DNA of 64,000 nt from Oceanispirochaeta sp. (lineage in GTDB: Bacteria > Spirochaetota > Spirochaetia > DSM-2461), in contig CAXXOA010000002.1 of assembly GCA_963666275.2 (NCBI GenBank), forward strand, positions 512,001 to 576,000, in the 5' to 3' direction. Positions 45,551 to 55,601 of the stretch are shown in pieces. Numbering within the stretch: the stretch's first letter is position 1; every line of letters begins with the position of its first letter. Under the pieces are notes generated by a model. The model did no database searches. It saw only the letters and a program-made list of their open reading frames with translations, and had not been told where the DNA came from. The position numbers were made by a program, and so were the translations under genes.

Positions 45551-46274
45551 AGAAATACTTTTCTTCTATGAGAGAGAAGACTTTATCCGTATAAAGGGCC
45601 AGCATGGCCGAGATAAAGGCTCCTGTAAAAATATAGGCCAGGTTGTTGTGAATAATTCCGGCCATAAGGATCCGGCCGAGCCCTCCTGCTCCTGTGACAG
45701 CTCCGATGGTTGCAGTTCCGATATTGATAACCGTACTGGTCCGGATACCGGCAATGATGACCTTGCCGGCCAGGGGGATCTCGGTTTTGAACAGGACCTG
45801 CAGTGGCGTCATGCCCATCCCCAGAGAGGCTTCTGTCAGATCCGGGTGGACCCCTTCGATCCCTGAGATTGTATTGTTGATGACGGGGAAAATGCTGTAG
45901 ACAAAGAGAGCAAAAACAACGGGTTTGAATCCGAAGCCCGCAATGGGAACCGCCAGGGCCAGCACGGCGGAGGGCGGGAAGGTTTGGGCCATAGAGGCCA
46001 GGGACCTCAGAAGAGGATAGTACACCCGCCCGGACGGCCTTGTGACAAATAGACCCAGAAGTATTCCGATTACCGATGCGGAAGCTCCCGAGAGGAAAAC
46101 CATAAGGAGATGATCTCCCATCAGACGGGGAAGAGAGGACCGTTCATAGAGAAGATTTGCTTCAGATGTAAAAAAAATTTTCAGTACAGATTCCCGGAAT
46201 ACTGGAAAAAAGGCGTAGGAGAGGAAAAAGACAAGAGAGAGTACAAAGAGAGAAATGGATAGCTTTTTCTTCAA
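45549..46274 (-). CDS. Osmoprotectant ABC transporter permease (YehW-like)
   Basis: QTFPP.AVLALAVP..GFG, EA..GMGMT and GAGGLG motifs. Confidence 0.88.
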   Translation of the reverse strand: MKKKLSISLFVLSLVFFLSYAFFPVFRESVLKIFFTSEANLLYERSSLPRLMGDHLLMVFLSGASASVIGILLGLFVTRPSGRVYYPLLRSLASMAQTFPPSAVLALAVPIAGFGFKPVVFALFVYSIFPVINNTISGIEGVHPDLTEASLGMGMTPLQVLFKTEIPLAGKVIIAGIRTSTVINIGTATIGAVTGAGGLGRILMAGIIHNNLAYIFTGAFISAMLALYTDKVFSLIEEKYF

Positions 46275-47230
46275 TTCGCAAGCTCCTTTTCCCTGATAAA
46301 GAGCTGCAGTATGGCTTTGAGTGTGATCCTGCCGACGGGGGCACTCCGACTGTCTTTTTTTACAGCAAGAGTATCAACACCCTCTCCCAGCATCAGGGAA
46401 AGAACCCCCTTGAGACTGTCTTCCGGCCTGACCGACTGCGAAATCTCCGGATCCGGAATCTGTGATTCCATCGCATAGGCCACATTGTAATAGGCCAGGA
46501 GCTTCAGGGCTTTCTGTTCCCCGATGAACTTCTTTACAAACAGGGAGGCGGGATGGAGAAGAATTTCAGGAGTCCTGTCGTACTGACGGATCTCTCCCTT
46601 TTCCATTATGGCTATCCTGTCTGCCAGGTTGACCGCTTCATCCAGATCGTGGGTGACAAAAATGACGCTCTTTTTCAGCTCCTTCTGCAGGGAGAGGAAC
46701 TCTTTCTGAAGCTGAAGCCGGTTCAGAGGGTCGACAGCTCCGAAGGGTTCGTCCATCAGCAGAACCGGAGGATCCGCCGCCAGGGCTCTGGCCACCCCGA
46801 TCCTCTGGGCTTCTCCCCCTGAAAGCTGGTGAGGAAACTTGTTCCTGTATTTACCAGAGGGGAGGCCTACCATTTCCAGAAGCTCCTCGGCCCTACGGGA
46901 GAGCCCTGATTCCTCCCACTTGAGAAGACGGGGAACCAGAAGGATATTCTGCTCCACAGTCAGATGGGGCAGAAGGCCAATGCTTTGAATCACATAACCC
47001 ATACCCCTGCGGAGTTTTTCCGGAGCCATGGATCGTATATCTTTTCCCTTCAGGAGAATTCTGCCCCTGTCGGGAGAGATCAGCCGGTTAATCAGTCTGA
47101 GGGTGGTGGATTTACCACAGCCCGAGGGGCCCAGGAGCACACAGACTTCTCCCTCCTGAATCTCCAGGGAGATCTCTTTCAGTGCCTGGTGTTCGCCATA
47201 CCATTTGGAAACATTTTCAAGTTTTATCAT
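46271..47230 (-). CDS. Osmoprotectant ABC transporter ATPase (YehX-like)
   Basis: GPSGCGKST, LSGGEAQR, LLMDEPFGAVDP and VTHD motifs; CBS-like tail. Confidence 0.92.
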   Translation of the reverse strand: MIKLENVSKWYGEHQALKEISLEIQEGEVCVLLGPSGCGKSTTLRLINRLISPDRGRILLKGKDIRSMAPEKLRRGMGYVIQSIGLLPHLTVEQNILLVPRLLKWEESGLSRRAEELLEMVGLPSGKYRNKFPHQLSGGEAQRIGVARALAADPPVLLMDEPFGAVDPLNRLQLQKEFLSLQKELKKSVIFVTHDLDEAVNLADRIAIMEKGEIRQYDRTPEILLHPASLFVKKFIGEQKALKLLAYYNVAYAMESQIPDPEISQSVRPEDSLKGVLSLMLGEGVDTLAVKKDSRSAPVGRITLKAILQLFIREKELAN

Positions 47231-48356
47231 ACAGTTCCTCCAGTCCAGCAGGAGTTATCCGGCGGATCAGGATTTCAAGGAGCTTATCAATCAGAAGAAC
47301 AAGAAGGATGATGGGGATCACACCCATAATGATCATGTCCACGGCAGCCTGTTCCAGCCCTCTGAACACAAAATACCCCAGTCCTCCCGCACCGATAAGG
47401 GCGGCAACGGTGGTATTCCCTGTTGTTTGAACCAGTGAAACTCGGATCCCGCTCAGGATCAGAGGAATCGACAGGGGAAACTCCACTTTCCAGAAGAGCT
47501 GCCGGGGAGTCATGCCCATTCCCTTGCCTGCGTCCAGTGTATTCCTGTCGAGGATTTTCAGGCTGGTATAGGTGTTTCTTACAATGGGCAGAAGCGCATA
47601 GAGAGTCAGGGCAATCAGAGCAGGAGTCCGTCCGACTCCTCTCAGGCCCATTTCCCGCAGAACAGGATACTCCCGGGACAGATAGGCCAGAGGAGCAATC
47701 AGAAGTCCGAAGAGAGCCAGAGAGGGGATTGTCTGCATGGCATTCACAAAAGTGAAGACCGGAGGGGAGAAAGAGGACTTCTTCCAGGCAAGGATTCCCG
47801 CGGGGACTCCCAGAATAACCGCTCCGCCCACAGCTCTGAGGGCCAGAGTGAGATGATTGATCAGCTCCGAATAGAATCGGGATTCCACATTTCTGAATTC
47901 CCGTATAAAACCGAATCCCTCCATATATCCCAACTGGAAAAGGAGGACAATGAGCAGTACAGGGAGCAGATTTATCACACCCTTCCGATAGTTCATCAAG
48001 GCAAAAGAGGAGGCCAGAAAAAACCAGAATCCCCCGGAAAGGGAGATACTGCCATAGGGATAGGCCTCCAGGCCGAGAGAGGTCTGAAGAGAGACGGCTC
48101 CCGGGATGAGGAGAAGATACAGCAGAAAGCCATGAACCCAGAGAATTCCGGCATTTTTCCTCCGACCAGACAACAGGGCTGCCAGGAGCAGCAGCGCTGG
48201 CAGAAAAGGGTATAATCCTGGAAACGCCTCCGGAAGAGAGAAAAGCCGGGGATCGACAACCCGGTTCTCCTTCAGTCCCGCAAAGGGAAGGAAAAACGCT
48301 GCCCCCCCCAGGATGACTCCGGGGAGAGACGCTTTATTTATCATCCTGAAAAACAT
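47217..48356 (-). CDS. Osmoprotectant ABC transporter permease (YehY-like)
   Basis: QTIPSLALFGLLIAPL, YALLPIVRN, GMGMT and IGAGGLG motifs; extended N-terminal TM region. Confidence 0.9.
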   Translation of the reverse strand: MFFRMINKASLPGVILGGAAFFLPFAGLKENRVVDPRLFSLPEAFPGLYPFLPALLLLAALLSGRRKNAGILWVHGFLLYLLLIPGAVSLQTSLGLEAYPYGSISLSGGFWFFLASSFALMNYRKGVINLLPVLLIVLLFQLGYMEGFGFIREFRNVESRFYSELINHLTLALRAVGGAVILGVPAGILAWKKSSFSPPVFTFVNAMQTIPSLALFGLLIAPLAYLSREYPVLREMGLRGVGRTPALIALTLYALLPIVRNTYTSLKILDRNTLDAGKGMGMTPRQLFWKVEFPLSIPLILSGIRVSLVQTTGNTTVAALIGAGGLGYFVFRGLEQAAVDMIIMGVIPIILLVLLIDKLLEILIRRITPAGLEELYDKT

Positions 48357-48361
48357 CTAAA

Positions 48362-49300
48362 TTAAAGAAACCCCTTTGATCTCAGATACTCCTCCGCTAC
48401 TTCTTCGGGGGATCTACCTTCAACCGCAATGGCGGAATTCAGCCTCTGCAGGGTTTTAAGATCCAGTGTGGAGAAGACCTTCCCCAGTAATTCTTCAATT
48501 TCGGGATTGGCCATAAGGACTTCCTCCCTTATGATCGGAGCCGGTTCATATACGGGCTGAACTCTCAGGGAATCAGTGAGAACCACTAAACCCAGTGCGG
48601 CAAGCTGCCCGTCTGTACCGTAGGCCATGGCGGCATTGACCCCATCGGTGCCTCTCGCTGCGGCCTGTTCGGTCTGGGCTGTATTGCCCCCCGACAGAAC
48701 CAGCATCTGCTCTTCGGATAGATCAAAACCGTAGGCTTCTTCAAACGCTGGCAGGGCGTCGGGTCTGGATATGAACTCTTCCGAACCGGCCAATTTAAAT
48801 TCTCCTCCCGCATTCAGGTAGTCTGCCAGATCTTCCAGGGTCTCAAGTCCTTCTCTTTCTGCCAGATCCTCCCGGACACAGACAGCCCAGGTATTATTGG
48901 CCGGAGCCGGTGTCAGCCAGACCAGCCTGTTTTCATCATAGTCCAGCTTTTTGACAGCTACATAGCCTTTCTGAGGATCCTTCCAGTCTTCCGACCCGGC
49001 AAGGTCGAAAAAGAAGGCTCCGTTCCCTGTGTATTCAGGATAAATATCAATCTCCCCGTTGATAATGGCCCGCCGGGTCACATCGGTAGGACCGAAAATC
49101 GTATTGTCGATTGTCTGAAATCCTGCCTCTTCCAGGATCAGGAGTATCATACTTCCCAGGAGGGAGCCTTCGGTATCAATTTTCGAAGCCACACGGATTT
49201 CCGGCTTCATCTCTGTTTGAATCCTGTCGTTCTGTCCTCCTGAAAAGAGGGAAGAGAGGCTGAAAAACAGAACGAAAATATATGAGAGATTTTTTTTCAT
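48362..49300 (-). CDS. osmF: Glycine betaine/osmoprotectant ABC substrate-binding protein (OsmF/YehZ)
   Basis: VASKIDTEG, IDIYPEYTGNG, PAPANNTW, AMAYGTDG and VQPVY motifs. Confidence 0.88.
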   Translation of the reverse strand: MKKNLSYIFVLFFSLSSLFSGGQNDRIQTEMKPEIRVASKIDTEGSLLGSMILLILEEAGFQTIDNTIFGPTDVTRRAIINGEIDIYPEYTGNGAFFFDLAGSEDWKDPQKGYVAVKKLDYDENRLVWLTPAPANNTWAVCVREDLAEREGLETLEDLADYLNAGGEFKLAGSEEFISRPDALPAFEEAYGFDLSEEQMLVLSGGNTAQTEQAAARGTDGVNAAMAYGTDGQLAALGLVVLTDSLRVQPVYEPAPIIREEVLMANPEIEELLGKVFSTLDLKTLQRLNSAIAVEGRSPEEVAEEYLRSKGFL

Positions 49301-49468
49301 AAGGAACTCCTTCCTTTAGGAGTATAGGGGGAGGAGGCGGGGTAACGCAAAAATGTTTCCCAAAAAAATGGGATATAGAGAATTTACTAGGTCAGATCTG
49401 AGAACTTAAATAGCCCCGGAGACCTCGTTCCTCTTGCATATGCTGGAAATATTCATAGGATAGGGCAG

Positions 49469-50713
49469 ATGGAAGGGAAAAACGACAGATATGATTTGGC
49501 AGTGATCGGAGCAGGTCCTGCAGGACTGGCCGCGGCCTGTTTTGCTGCCCGGGCGGGATTGAAGGTCTGCCTTATTGAAAAAAATGCCCAGCCCGGAAAG
49601 AAGCTCCTAATGGCGGGTTCGGGCCAGTGCAACCTCACACAGAGTGGTGAGATCCGGGATTTCTTCTCCCATTACGGAAAAGCCTCCCGGTTTATCTCAT
49701 CTTCTCTTCTGAACTGGACTAACAGGCAGCTGCGTGATTTTTTCACATCCCTGAATGTGGAGACCGAAGACCGGGGAGACGGGAAAATATTTCCTGTCTC
49801 CCGGAAAAGCCGGGATGTGCAGGATGCCCTTGTAAACGAGTGCAGAAAAGCGGGCGTTCGTATCTATTACAAGAATCAGGTTCTGGGACTCTCTCTTAAA
49901 GAGGGGCTTTTTAAGATCCGGAAACAGGATAAAGAGAGCCTCGTCTCCCGGTTTGTCATGATTTCCACAGGCGGGCTGTCCTACCCCTCCACAGGCTCCA
50001 CTGGGGACGGATATGATCTGGCTCAGAGTCTGGGACACTCGATTATACCCCCGTTTCCCGTTCTTTCCCCTGTATTCCTCCGGGAAAATCCCTTTGTAAG
50101 CTGTTCGGGAATTTCCTTCCCCTCACAAATCCAGATCTTCCGGGAGGGAAAAAAAGCCGCAGAATACCGGGGAGACCTCCTTCTGACCCACAAAGGCCTT
50201 TCCGGACCGGTCATTCTGAACAACAGCCGGAATCTCCGGCAGGGAGACTCTCTGAAAATACGGATATCCCCCCGGGAGGGGCGATCAGATTTCGAATCAA
50301 GGCTAATTGCCGCGGCCGGGACGAATGGAAAAATGAGCCTTAAAAGGTTTGTCTGTGAGGAGGGCATTCCGGAAAAACTGGTTCTTCTTGTTTTTCAGAT
50401 CTGCGGAATCAAAACAGATCTGACTCTTGCCCAGCTGAACAAACCCGGCCGGAAAAGCCTGCTGGATCATCTTTTCGCATTTCCCGTAGTGATTCAGTCC
50501 GTGGGGGGATTCAATATCGCCATGGCCACAGGGGGAGGAATTGATCTGAAGGAAGTGAATCCCAAAACAATGGAATCCAGAATCTGCGAGGGGCTGTTCT
50601 TTACCGGAGAAGTTCTGGATGTGGACGGAGACACCGGCGGCTACAATCTTCAGTTTGCCTTTTCTTCAGCCAGACTGGCTGCCGATGCCCTGATCAGGAA
50701 GGGATCTTCCTGA
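49469..50713 (+). CDS. HI0933/BaiN family NAD(P)/FAD-dependent oxidoreductase
   Basis: GAGPAGL, GKKLL..GSGQCNLT, GGLSYP.TGSTGDG, THKGLSGP and GEVLDVDGDTGGYNLQ.AFS motifs. Confidence 0.92.
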   Translation: MEGKNDRYDLAVIGAGPAGLAAACFAARAGLKVCLIEKNAQPGKKLLMAGSGQCNLTQSGEIRDFFSHYGKASRFISSSLLNWTNRQLRDFFTSLNVETEDRGDGKIFPVSRKSRDVQDALVNECRKAGVRIYYKNQVLGLSLKEGLFKIRKQDKESLVSRFVMISTGGLSYPSTGSTGDGYDLAQSLGHSIIPPFPVLSPVFLRENPFVSCSGISFPSQIQIFREGKKAAEYRGDLLLTHKGLSGPVILNNSRNLRQGDSLKIRISPREGRSDFESRLIAAAGTNGKMSLKRFVCEEGIPEKLVLLVFQICGIKTDLTLAQLNKPGRKSLLDHLFAFPVVIQSVGGFNIAMATGGGIDLKEVNPKTMESRICEGLFFTGEVLDVDGDTGGYNLQFAFSSARLAADALIRKGSS

Positions 50714-50714
50714 T

Positions 50715-52130
50715 CTACTCCCGTCCTCCCAGAAAGTGAGATGCCTCTCCCACTTCAAGGAAATTGGTAACATAGGCGTGTTTCGGTGAAGATCCCACCA
50801 TGAGGACCAGATCCGTGTTCCGGATCACCCCCTGATTCAGCAGGACCTTGACGGATTCGCTGACCATTTCATCCAGGGTTTCCTGAGATTTCAGAGGAAA
50901 CGCATCCACTCCGAAACTGAGCGCCAGCTGGCGGATCACCGTGGGATTCGGTGAGAGCGCCATCACAGGGATCCTTCCTCTGAAGGCTGAAAGCAGTCTG
51001 GCAGAACGTCCCGTGTCTGTCTGGATGATGATCGCCTGGGTTTTCAGGGTCTTTGCCGTATTCACGGCAGATTTAATCATCTGAAAGCGGACAGGATGGA
51101 TTTCCACAAGCTTCAGATTCTTAAATGAAGGCTTCATTTTATCTTCAATATTCCCCGCAATGGCCGCCATGGTCTGAACCGCTTCCAGAGGATAATCACC
51201 GTAGGCCGTCTCTCCTGAAAGCATCAGAGCATCTGTCCCGTCCATGACCGCATTGGCCACATCGCTGACTTCCGCTCTTGTGGGCCGGGGATTATGGATC
51301 ATGCTGTGAAGCATCTGGGTCGCTGTAATGACAACCTTCCGCCTCTTGATACATTTCCGGATCATTTTTTTCTGGGCAATGGGAACCTCTTCGGCCGGAA
51401 GTTCGATTCCGAGATCTCCCCTGGCAATCATAATCCCATGGCAGTGTTCCAGGATTTCATTGAGGTTTTCAATTCCTTCGTTGTTTTCTATTTTGGCAAT
51501 AATTTTGATCTGACTGTCATACCGGTCAAGAATCTTCTGTACAGCCAGAACATCTTCCTTGTTTCTGACAAAAGAATGAGCAATGAAGTCAATGCCTTTT
51601 CTGGCGGCAAAATGGATGTACTCTTCATCTTTTTCTGTTAATGCAGGAAGGGGAATCGGAATCCTGGGAACATTGACGCTCTTTTTATTCTTAATGGCAC
51701 CATTGTTATTGGCTATGCACTTCAGCTGGTTTTCCTGCTTATCTATGATCACAAGAGAAAGGTCGCCGTCATCAATCAGAATTTCCGTACCCCTTTTCAT
51801 ATCTCCGCAGAAACGGTTATAGCTGACGGAAAAATGCTTTTTCTCGGAAGTTTCCCCCCGGGGGACAATGAGAACTTCATCTCCCTCAGAAACTTCTATG
51901 GGGGTTTCAATATCCACTGTCCTGACTTCCGGCCCTTTCGTATCTATCAGTATTGCCGCTTTTTCAGAGACCTCACGGATACGGTCAATAATTACTTCGG
52001 ATTCTTCCGGTGTCTGATGGGCGGTATTCAAACGGAATGTACTGGCCCCTGCATTATAGAGGCTGCGGATAAAATCCGTGTCGTTGTGAACTCCAATAGA
52101 AGCCACAATTTTTGTCCTGAGTTTTTTCAA
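50715..52130 (-). CDS. pyk: Pyruvate kinase
   Basis: TKIVASIG, DTKGPEVRT, IIAKIEN, MIARGDLG, ATQML.SM and PRPTRAEVSDVANA motifs. Confidence 0.97.
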   Translation of the reverse strand: MKKLRTKIVASIGVHNDTDFIRSLYNAGASTFRLNTAHQTPEESEVIIDRIREVSEKAAILIDTKGPEVRTVDIETPIEVSEGDEVLIVPRGETSEKKHFSVSYNRFCGDMKRGTEILIDDGDLSLVIIDKQENQLKCIANNNGAIKNKKSVNVPRIPIPLPALTEKDEEYIHFAARKGIDFIAHSFVRNKEDVLAVQKILDRYDSQIKIIAKIENNEGIENLNEILEHCHGIMIARGDLGIELPAEEVPIAQKKMIRKCIKRRKVVITATQMLHSMIHNPRPTRAEVSDVANAVMDGTDALMLSGETAYGDYPLEAVQTMAAIAGNIEDKMKPSFKNLKLVEIHPVRFQMIKSAVNTAKTLKTQAIIIQTDTGRSARLLSAFRGRIPVMALSPNPTVIRQLALSFGVDAFPLKSQETLDEMVSESVKVLLNQGVIRNTDLVLMVGSSPKHAYVTNFLEVGEASHFLGGRE

Positions 52131-52246
52131 ACAAAAGTCCTTTTATTACGCTTTTTTCTCAAGCGAATTAGTCTATCTATAAGCATAAAAAAAACTAAGG
52201 GGAAATGAAAGGAGCAAAAGCATAAATAAAAAAAGATCGATTCGGG

Positions 52247-53308
52247 CTACAAACCTTTCCAGCCCAGTCCGGGGAGACCGTTGGGTGACAGCCAGCCTTT
52301 TTTCATAATCACTGTGCCGGCAGCGGGATCATTCAGCAGGTCCAGATGGCCGTCCAGATCGGCATAGCGGATGTTCTTCCGGCTCAGGGCAAAATGCAGA
52401 CCCGCGGATATACCCAATGCGGATTCATCCATACATCCCACCATGACTGTGATGTGGGCGGAACGGGCGACGCTGTCCACCTGTACCGCTTCGGTGATTC
52501 CACCGACCTTCATAATCTTGATATTCATCATATCCACCAGTCCTTTCCGCGCCAGGTGGAAGGCATCGATCAGGGATACCAGGCTTTCATCTGCCATAAT
52601 CGGCACATGGGATCTGGCGGAAACATCCCCCAGCAGGTCGGGCTTCCCTTTTCGGGTGGGCTGTTCAATCACCTCCAGGTCCAGGCCTTTTGCCTCGGTT
52701 AAAAAATGGAGGGCCTGATCCCGGGAATACCCCTGATTGGCATCGAACCTCAGGCGGATGTCCTCTCCGTATTTCTCTCTGAGGGCTCTCAGGCGGGTAA
52801 GGTCCTCATCCAGATCCAAACCACCCTTGATTTTGAGGATCCTGAAGCCGTCTCCTATAAACCGGGCGGCCTCTTCCATTGTTTCCTGCAGATCGCAGAT
52901 TCCTATGGTTATGCTCGTTTCGATGCGGCTTCTATAGCCCCCCAGAAGTTTACAGACAGGCAGATCCGCTTTTTTACCAAGCAGGTCCCACAGGGCCATG
53001 TCCACAGCCGCCCAGACGCTGAAGTATCCGGGCAGTTCCTTTTTCAGCGAGTCCAGAATTTTCATCCGGGAGAAGGGGTCTTTTCCTTTGAGAAGAACAG
53101 GAAGCTTTTCATTCAGCACGGGAAGCATCTGATCCAGATCTTCCCCGGTCACAAAGGGGTCAGGTGCTGCACAGCCCCAACCCCATATGGTTCCCGTATC
53201 AATCCGCAGGAGTAGATTCTTTACAGAGTGAAAACTCTGATAGGCTACCTGGTAGGGCTGCGCCAGATCAAATGAAAAACTGATCAGCTCAATCGTCCGG
53301 ATTTTCAT
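52247..53308 (-). CDS. Dipeptide epimerase / N-acyl amino acid racemase (enolase superfamily, DgcA-like)
   Basis: KIK, DANQG, EQP, MADES, NIKIMK.GG, GCM.ES and DLDG motifs. Confidence 0.88.
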   Translation of the reverse strand: MKIRTIELISFSFDLAQPYQVAYQSFHSVKNLLLRIDTGTIWGWGCAAPDPFVTGEDLDQMLPVLNEKLPVLLKGKDPFSRMKILDSLKKELPGYFSVWAAVDMALWDLLGKKADLPVCKLLGGYRSRIETSITIGICDLQETMEEAARFIGDGFRILKIKGGLDLDEDLTRLRALREKYGEDIRLRFDANQGYSRDQALHFLTEAKGLDLEVIEQPTRKGKPDLLGDVSARSHVPIMADESLVSLIDAFHLARKGLVDMMNIKIMKVGGITEAVQVDSVARSAHITVMVGCMDESALGISAGLHFALSRKNIRYADLDGHLDLLNDPAAGTVIMKKGWLSPNGLPGLGWKGL

Positions 53309-54372
53309 TTTCTGAGTTTCTCAACCGCATCAGCCAGCCTTTCCGGCCCATGCAGTAGAGGATCCACCACAGGAAGTTTGAATTCTTTCTGGAGATTGTC
53401 ACAAATCCAGTCTACATCGGGATCAGAAAGTCCTTCATGGTTGATTGAAATGGCAATGACAGGTTTTTTGGAAAGGAACTCCACCAGGAATATCTGATCT
53501 TTCAGAGAGTCCAGAGGGTAGCCGGGAAATCCGTCGTATTCGGTTCTGCCCGGGGCATGCTGCATGATGATTCCGTCAGGCCGGCAGGCTGCCAGAATTT
53601 CAAAACCTCCGGGGTAGCCCGGGTTCATAAGGCTGCCCTGACCTTCGATCACAGCAAAGTCCATATGCTCCTCTTTCCAGGCCGACCAGACAAGATGCTC
53701 CAGCTCGCCGCTGACATAATCATTCACAAGTGAGTCCATGACGGTACTGTATTTTGCTCCCTGAAGCCAGGCTGTCTGGCCTGTGCCTATAAGTTCGGCT
53801 GTCCGGGATCTTTTCTGCAGTTCGTGTACAATCATCCAGGCTGTGGTTCTCTTACCCAGGGCCGAGTCTGTCCCCAGAACAGCTACTTTGGCGCAGCTGA
53901 CATCTCCTATCTTTCCGCTGAACATATGGTTGCTTTCACGGCTTGTTTTCCGGATATCCCGTATCTGCAGATTTTTCTCTTCTGCCAGTTTCTTCAGGTC
54001 CTGCCTGTCCGCAAGAAAATCATGCAGGCCCGAGTCAACATTCAGTCCAAGCTGAAGAGCCTCTTCTACAGAATCAATGATCTCGTCTGTCAGATAGCCT
54101 CCATCAGTGGCCACTCCGATGATATAATGAGTCAGCTCCAGTTTTTGCGACGAGGCCAGTTCCCGGGCCCGTTCCAGATCCTTTACAATGGGGATTCCTT
54201 TCTTCCGGCGATCCAGAAATTCCCCCGCATCAGGTTCTCCGGCAATTGAGCTGTCTAAAACTGCAACGACTCTGTACCGCTCGGTAAAACGGACAAGGCC
54301 GTGGGCTGTCTTTCCATAGGTTGTGGCAAAAGCCTTATCGCAGTAGACAACTGCATTTCCTTCGGATTTCAT
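53305..54372 (-). CDS. DUF1611 domain protein (DgcN-like)
   Basis: GKTAHGLVR, SGLH, GTDSALGKRTT, TGQT and IEGQGSL..P motifs. Confidence 0.9.
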   Translation of the reverse strand: MKSEGNAVVYCDKAFATTYGKTAHGLVRFTERYRVVAVLDSSIAGEPDAGEFLDRRKKGIPIVKDLERARELASSQKLELTHYIIGVATDGGYLTDEIIDSVEEALQLGLNVDSGLHDFLADRQDLKKLAEEKNLQIRDIRKTSRESNHMFSGKIGDVSCAKVAVLGTDSALGKRTTAWMIVHELQKRSRTAELIGTGQTAWLQGAKYSTVMDSLVNDYVSGELEHLVWSAWKEEHMDFAVIEGQGSLMNPGYPGGFEILAACRPDGIIMQHAPGRTEYDGFPGYPLDSLKDQIFLVEFLSKKPVIAISINHEGLSDPDVDWICDNLQKEFKLPVVDPLLHGPERLADAVEKLRK

Positions 54373-55434
54373 TTATCTCCTCCCTGTCAGCACCGCCACA
54401 TACCTGTCTCCCGGTAAGGGGGTTTCTTTATTCAGATTTATAAGGGCGCTCAGTCCGGCAGTGGACGCGGGAAGGACTGACAGTCCCTCCTGGTTTTTAA
54501 TGAATCCCGATAGCCCTGTCATTGTTTTATCCGACACATTGCAGGCCCATCCCCCGGTGTCTCTCAAGGCATTGAACGCCAGCTCCCCGTCAATGGAGTG
54601 CCAGTTGATCAGGGGCTCGTTGACTTGGGATTCCCGTATCTTCGACGGATCCAGATCCCTGTAGTCTGCATAGCCTTTTCTGAATGAGTGGATAATCGGA
54701 TTTTTCCCTGTTGAGGATCCTGCAATGATTTTCGGGATTCTGGAGGTTTTTCCCCGGCGGTAGAGGGTCTGAAAACCTTTATAGATTCCCGCCAGAGTCG
54801 TCCCATTGGAAACAGGGACTGCTACGGCCGCAGGAGCATCTCTCAGTTCATCATAGATCTCAAAGGCGATTTCCCCATAGGCTTTCAGCTGTATATCCGT
54901 ATTGATTGCGCCGGGGTTGGCATCATAGTAATCCCGTTTTTCAGCTTCCCGGCTTGAGAGGAGAACAGCTTCCTCGTAATCCCGACCGGCTCTGACGATT
55001 TCCGCACCCCATTTTCTCATCTCTTCCTCGCGGGTGACATGGTATCCCTGAGGAATATAGATCAGACATTCCAGCCCGGCCAGATAGGTGGCAAAAGCCA
55101 GGGCCACTCCGTAGTTGCCGCAGGTTGCAAACACCACTTTGTCATAGCTTCGGCGGTAGGCATCCTCCACCTGGGCAAAGGCGATCCTGTCCTTCTGTGT
55201 TCCCGAAGGGTTGGACCCTTCGAATTTCAGGTAGAGCTGACGGAATCCGTACTCCCTTTCCAGGTTTCGGGCCCGGGAGAGCATTGTATCTCCCACTTCC
55301 GAAGCTATGATATCGCCATAAGCTTCGATGCGTTCGCTCATGGAACGGTCATGATCCAGAACAGCTTCTCTCAGGCTGTTTATCTCATCCAGGACCTGAT
55401 TCAGCTGGCCCGTTGCATTATCCAGAAGATCCAT
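54373..55434 (-). CDS. Threonine synthase-like PLP-dependent enzyme (fold type II)
   Basis: LKFEGSNPSGTQKDR, ATCGNYG, PVSNGTT and VAVLTG motifs. Start ATG 55434 with GAGGAGG RBS. Confidence 0.85.
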   Translation of the reverse strand: MDLLDNATGQLNQVLDEINSLREAVLDHDRSMSERIEAYGDIIASEVGDTMLSRARNLEREYGFRQLYLKFEGSNPSGTQKDRIAFAQVEDAYRRSYDKVVFATCGNYGVALAFATYLAGLECLIYIPQGYHVTREEEMRKWGAEIVRAGRDYEEAVLLSSREAEKRDYYDANPGAINTDIQLKAYGEIAFEIYDELRDAPAAVAVPVSNGTTLAGIYKGFQTLYRRGKTSRIPKIIAGSSTGKNPIIHSFRKGYADYRDLDPSKIRESQVNEPLINWHSIDGELAFNALRDTGGWACNVSDKTMTGLSGFIKNQEGLSVLPASTAGLSALINLNKETPLPGDRYVAVLTGRR

Positions 55435-55466
55435 CTTTAGAATCCTCCTCAATTGGAATGAATTGA

Positions 55467-55494
55467 ATTATGATTGCTTTTGCGTTCTTGTCAA
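55467..55494 (-). promoter_or_regulatory. sigma70 promoter of the ThrC-like/DUF1611/epimerase operon
   Basis: TTGACA (55494-55489), 16-nt spacer, CATAAT (55472-55467). Confidence 0.6.
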
Positions 55495-55601
55495 AAGAAA
55501 ATGAGATATTTTTTGAATTTATTTTTCCATCGTTAACGGGGGCGCCGGTAAGGCTGAGATCCATGCAGTTCTTCCCATATCAGGGATCAGGTAAAATCAG
55601 C

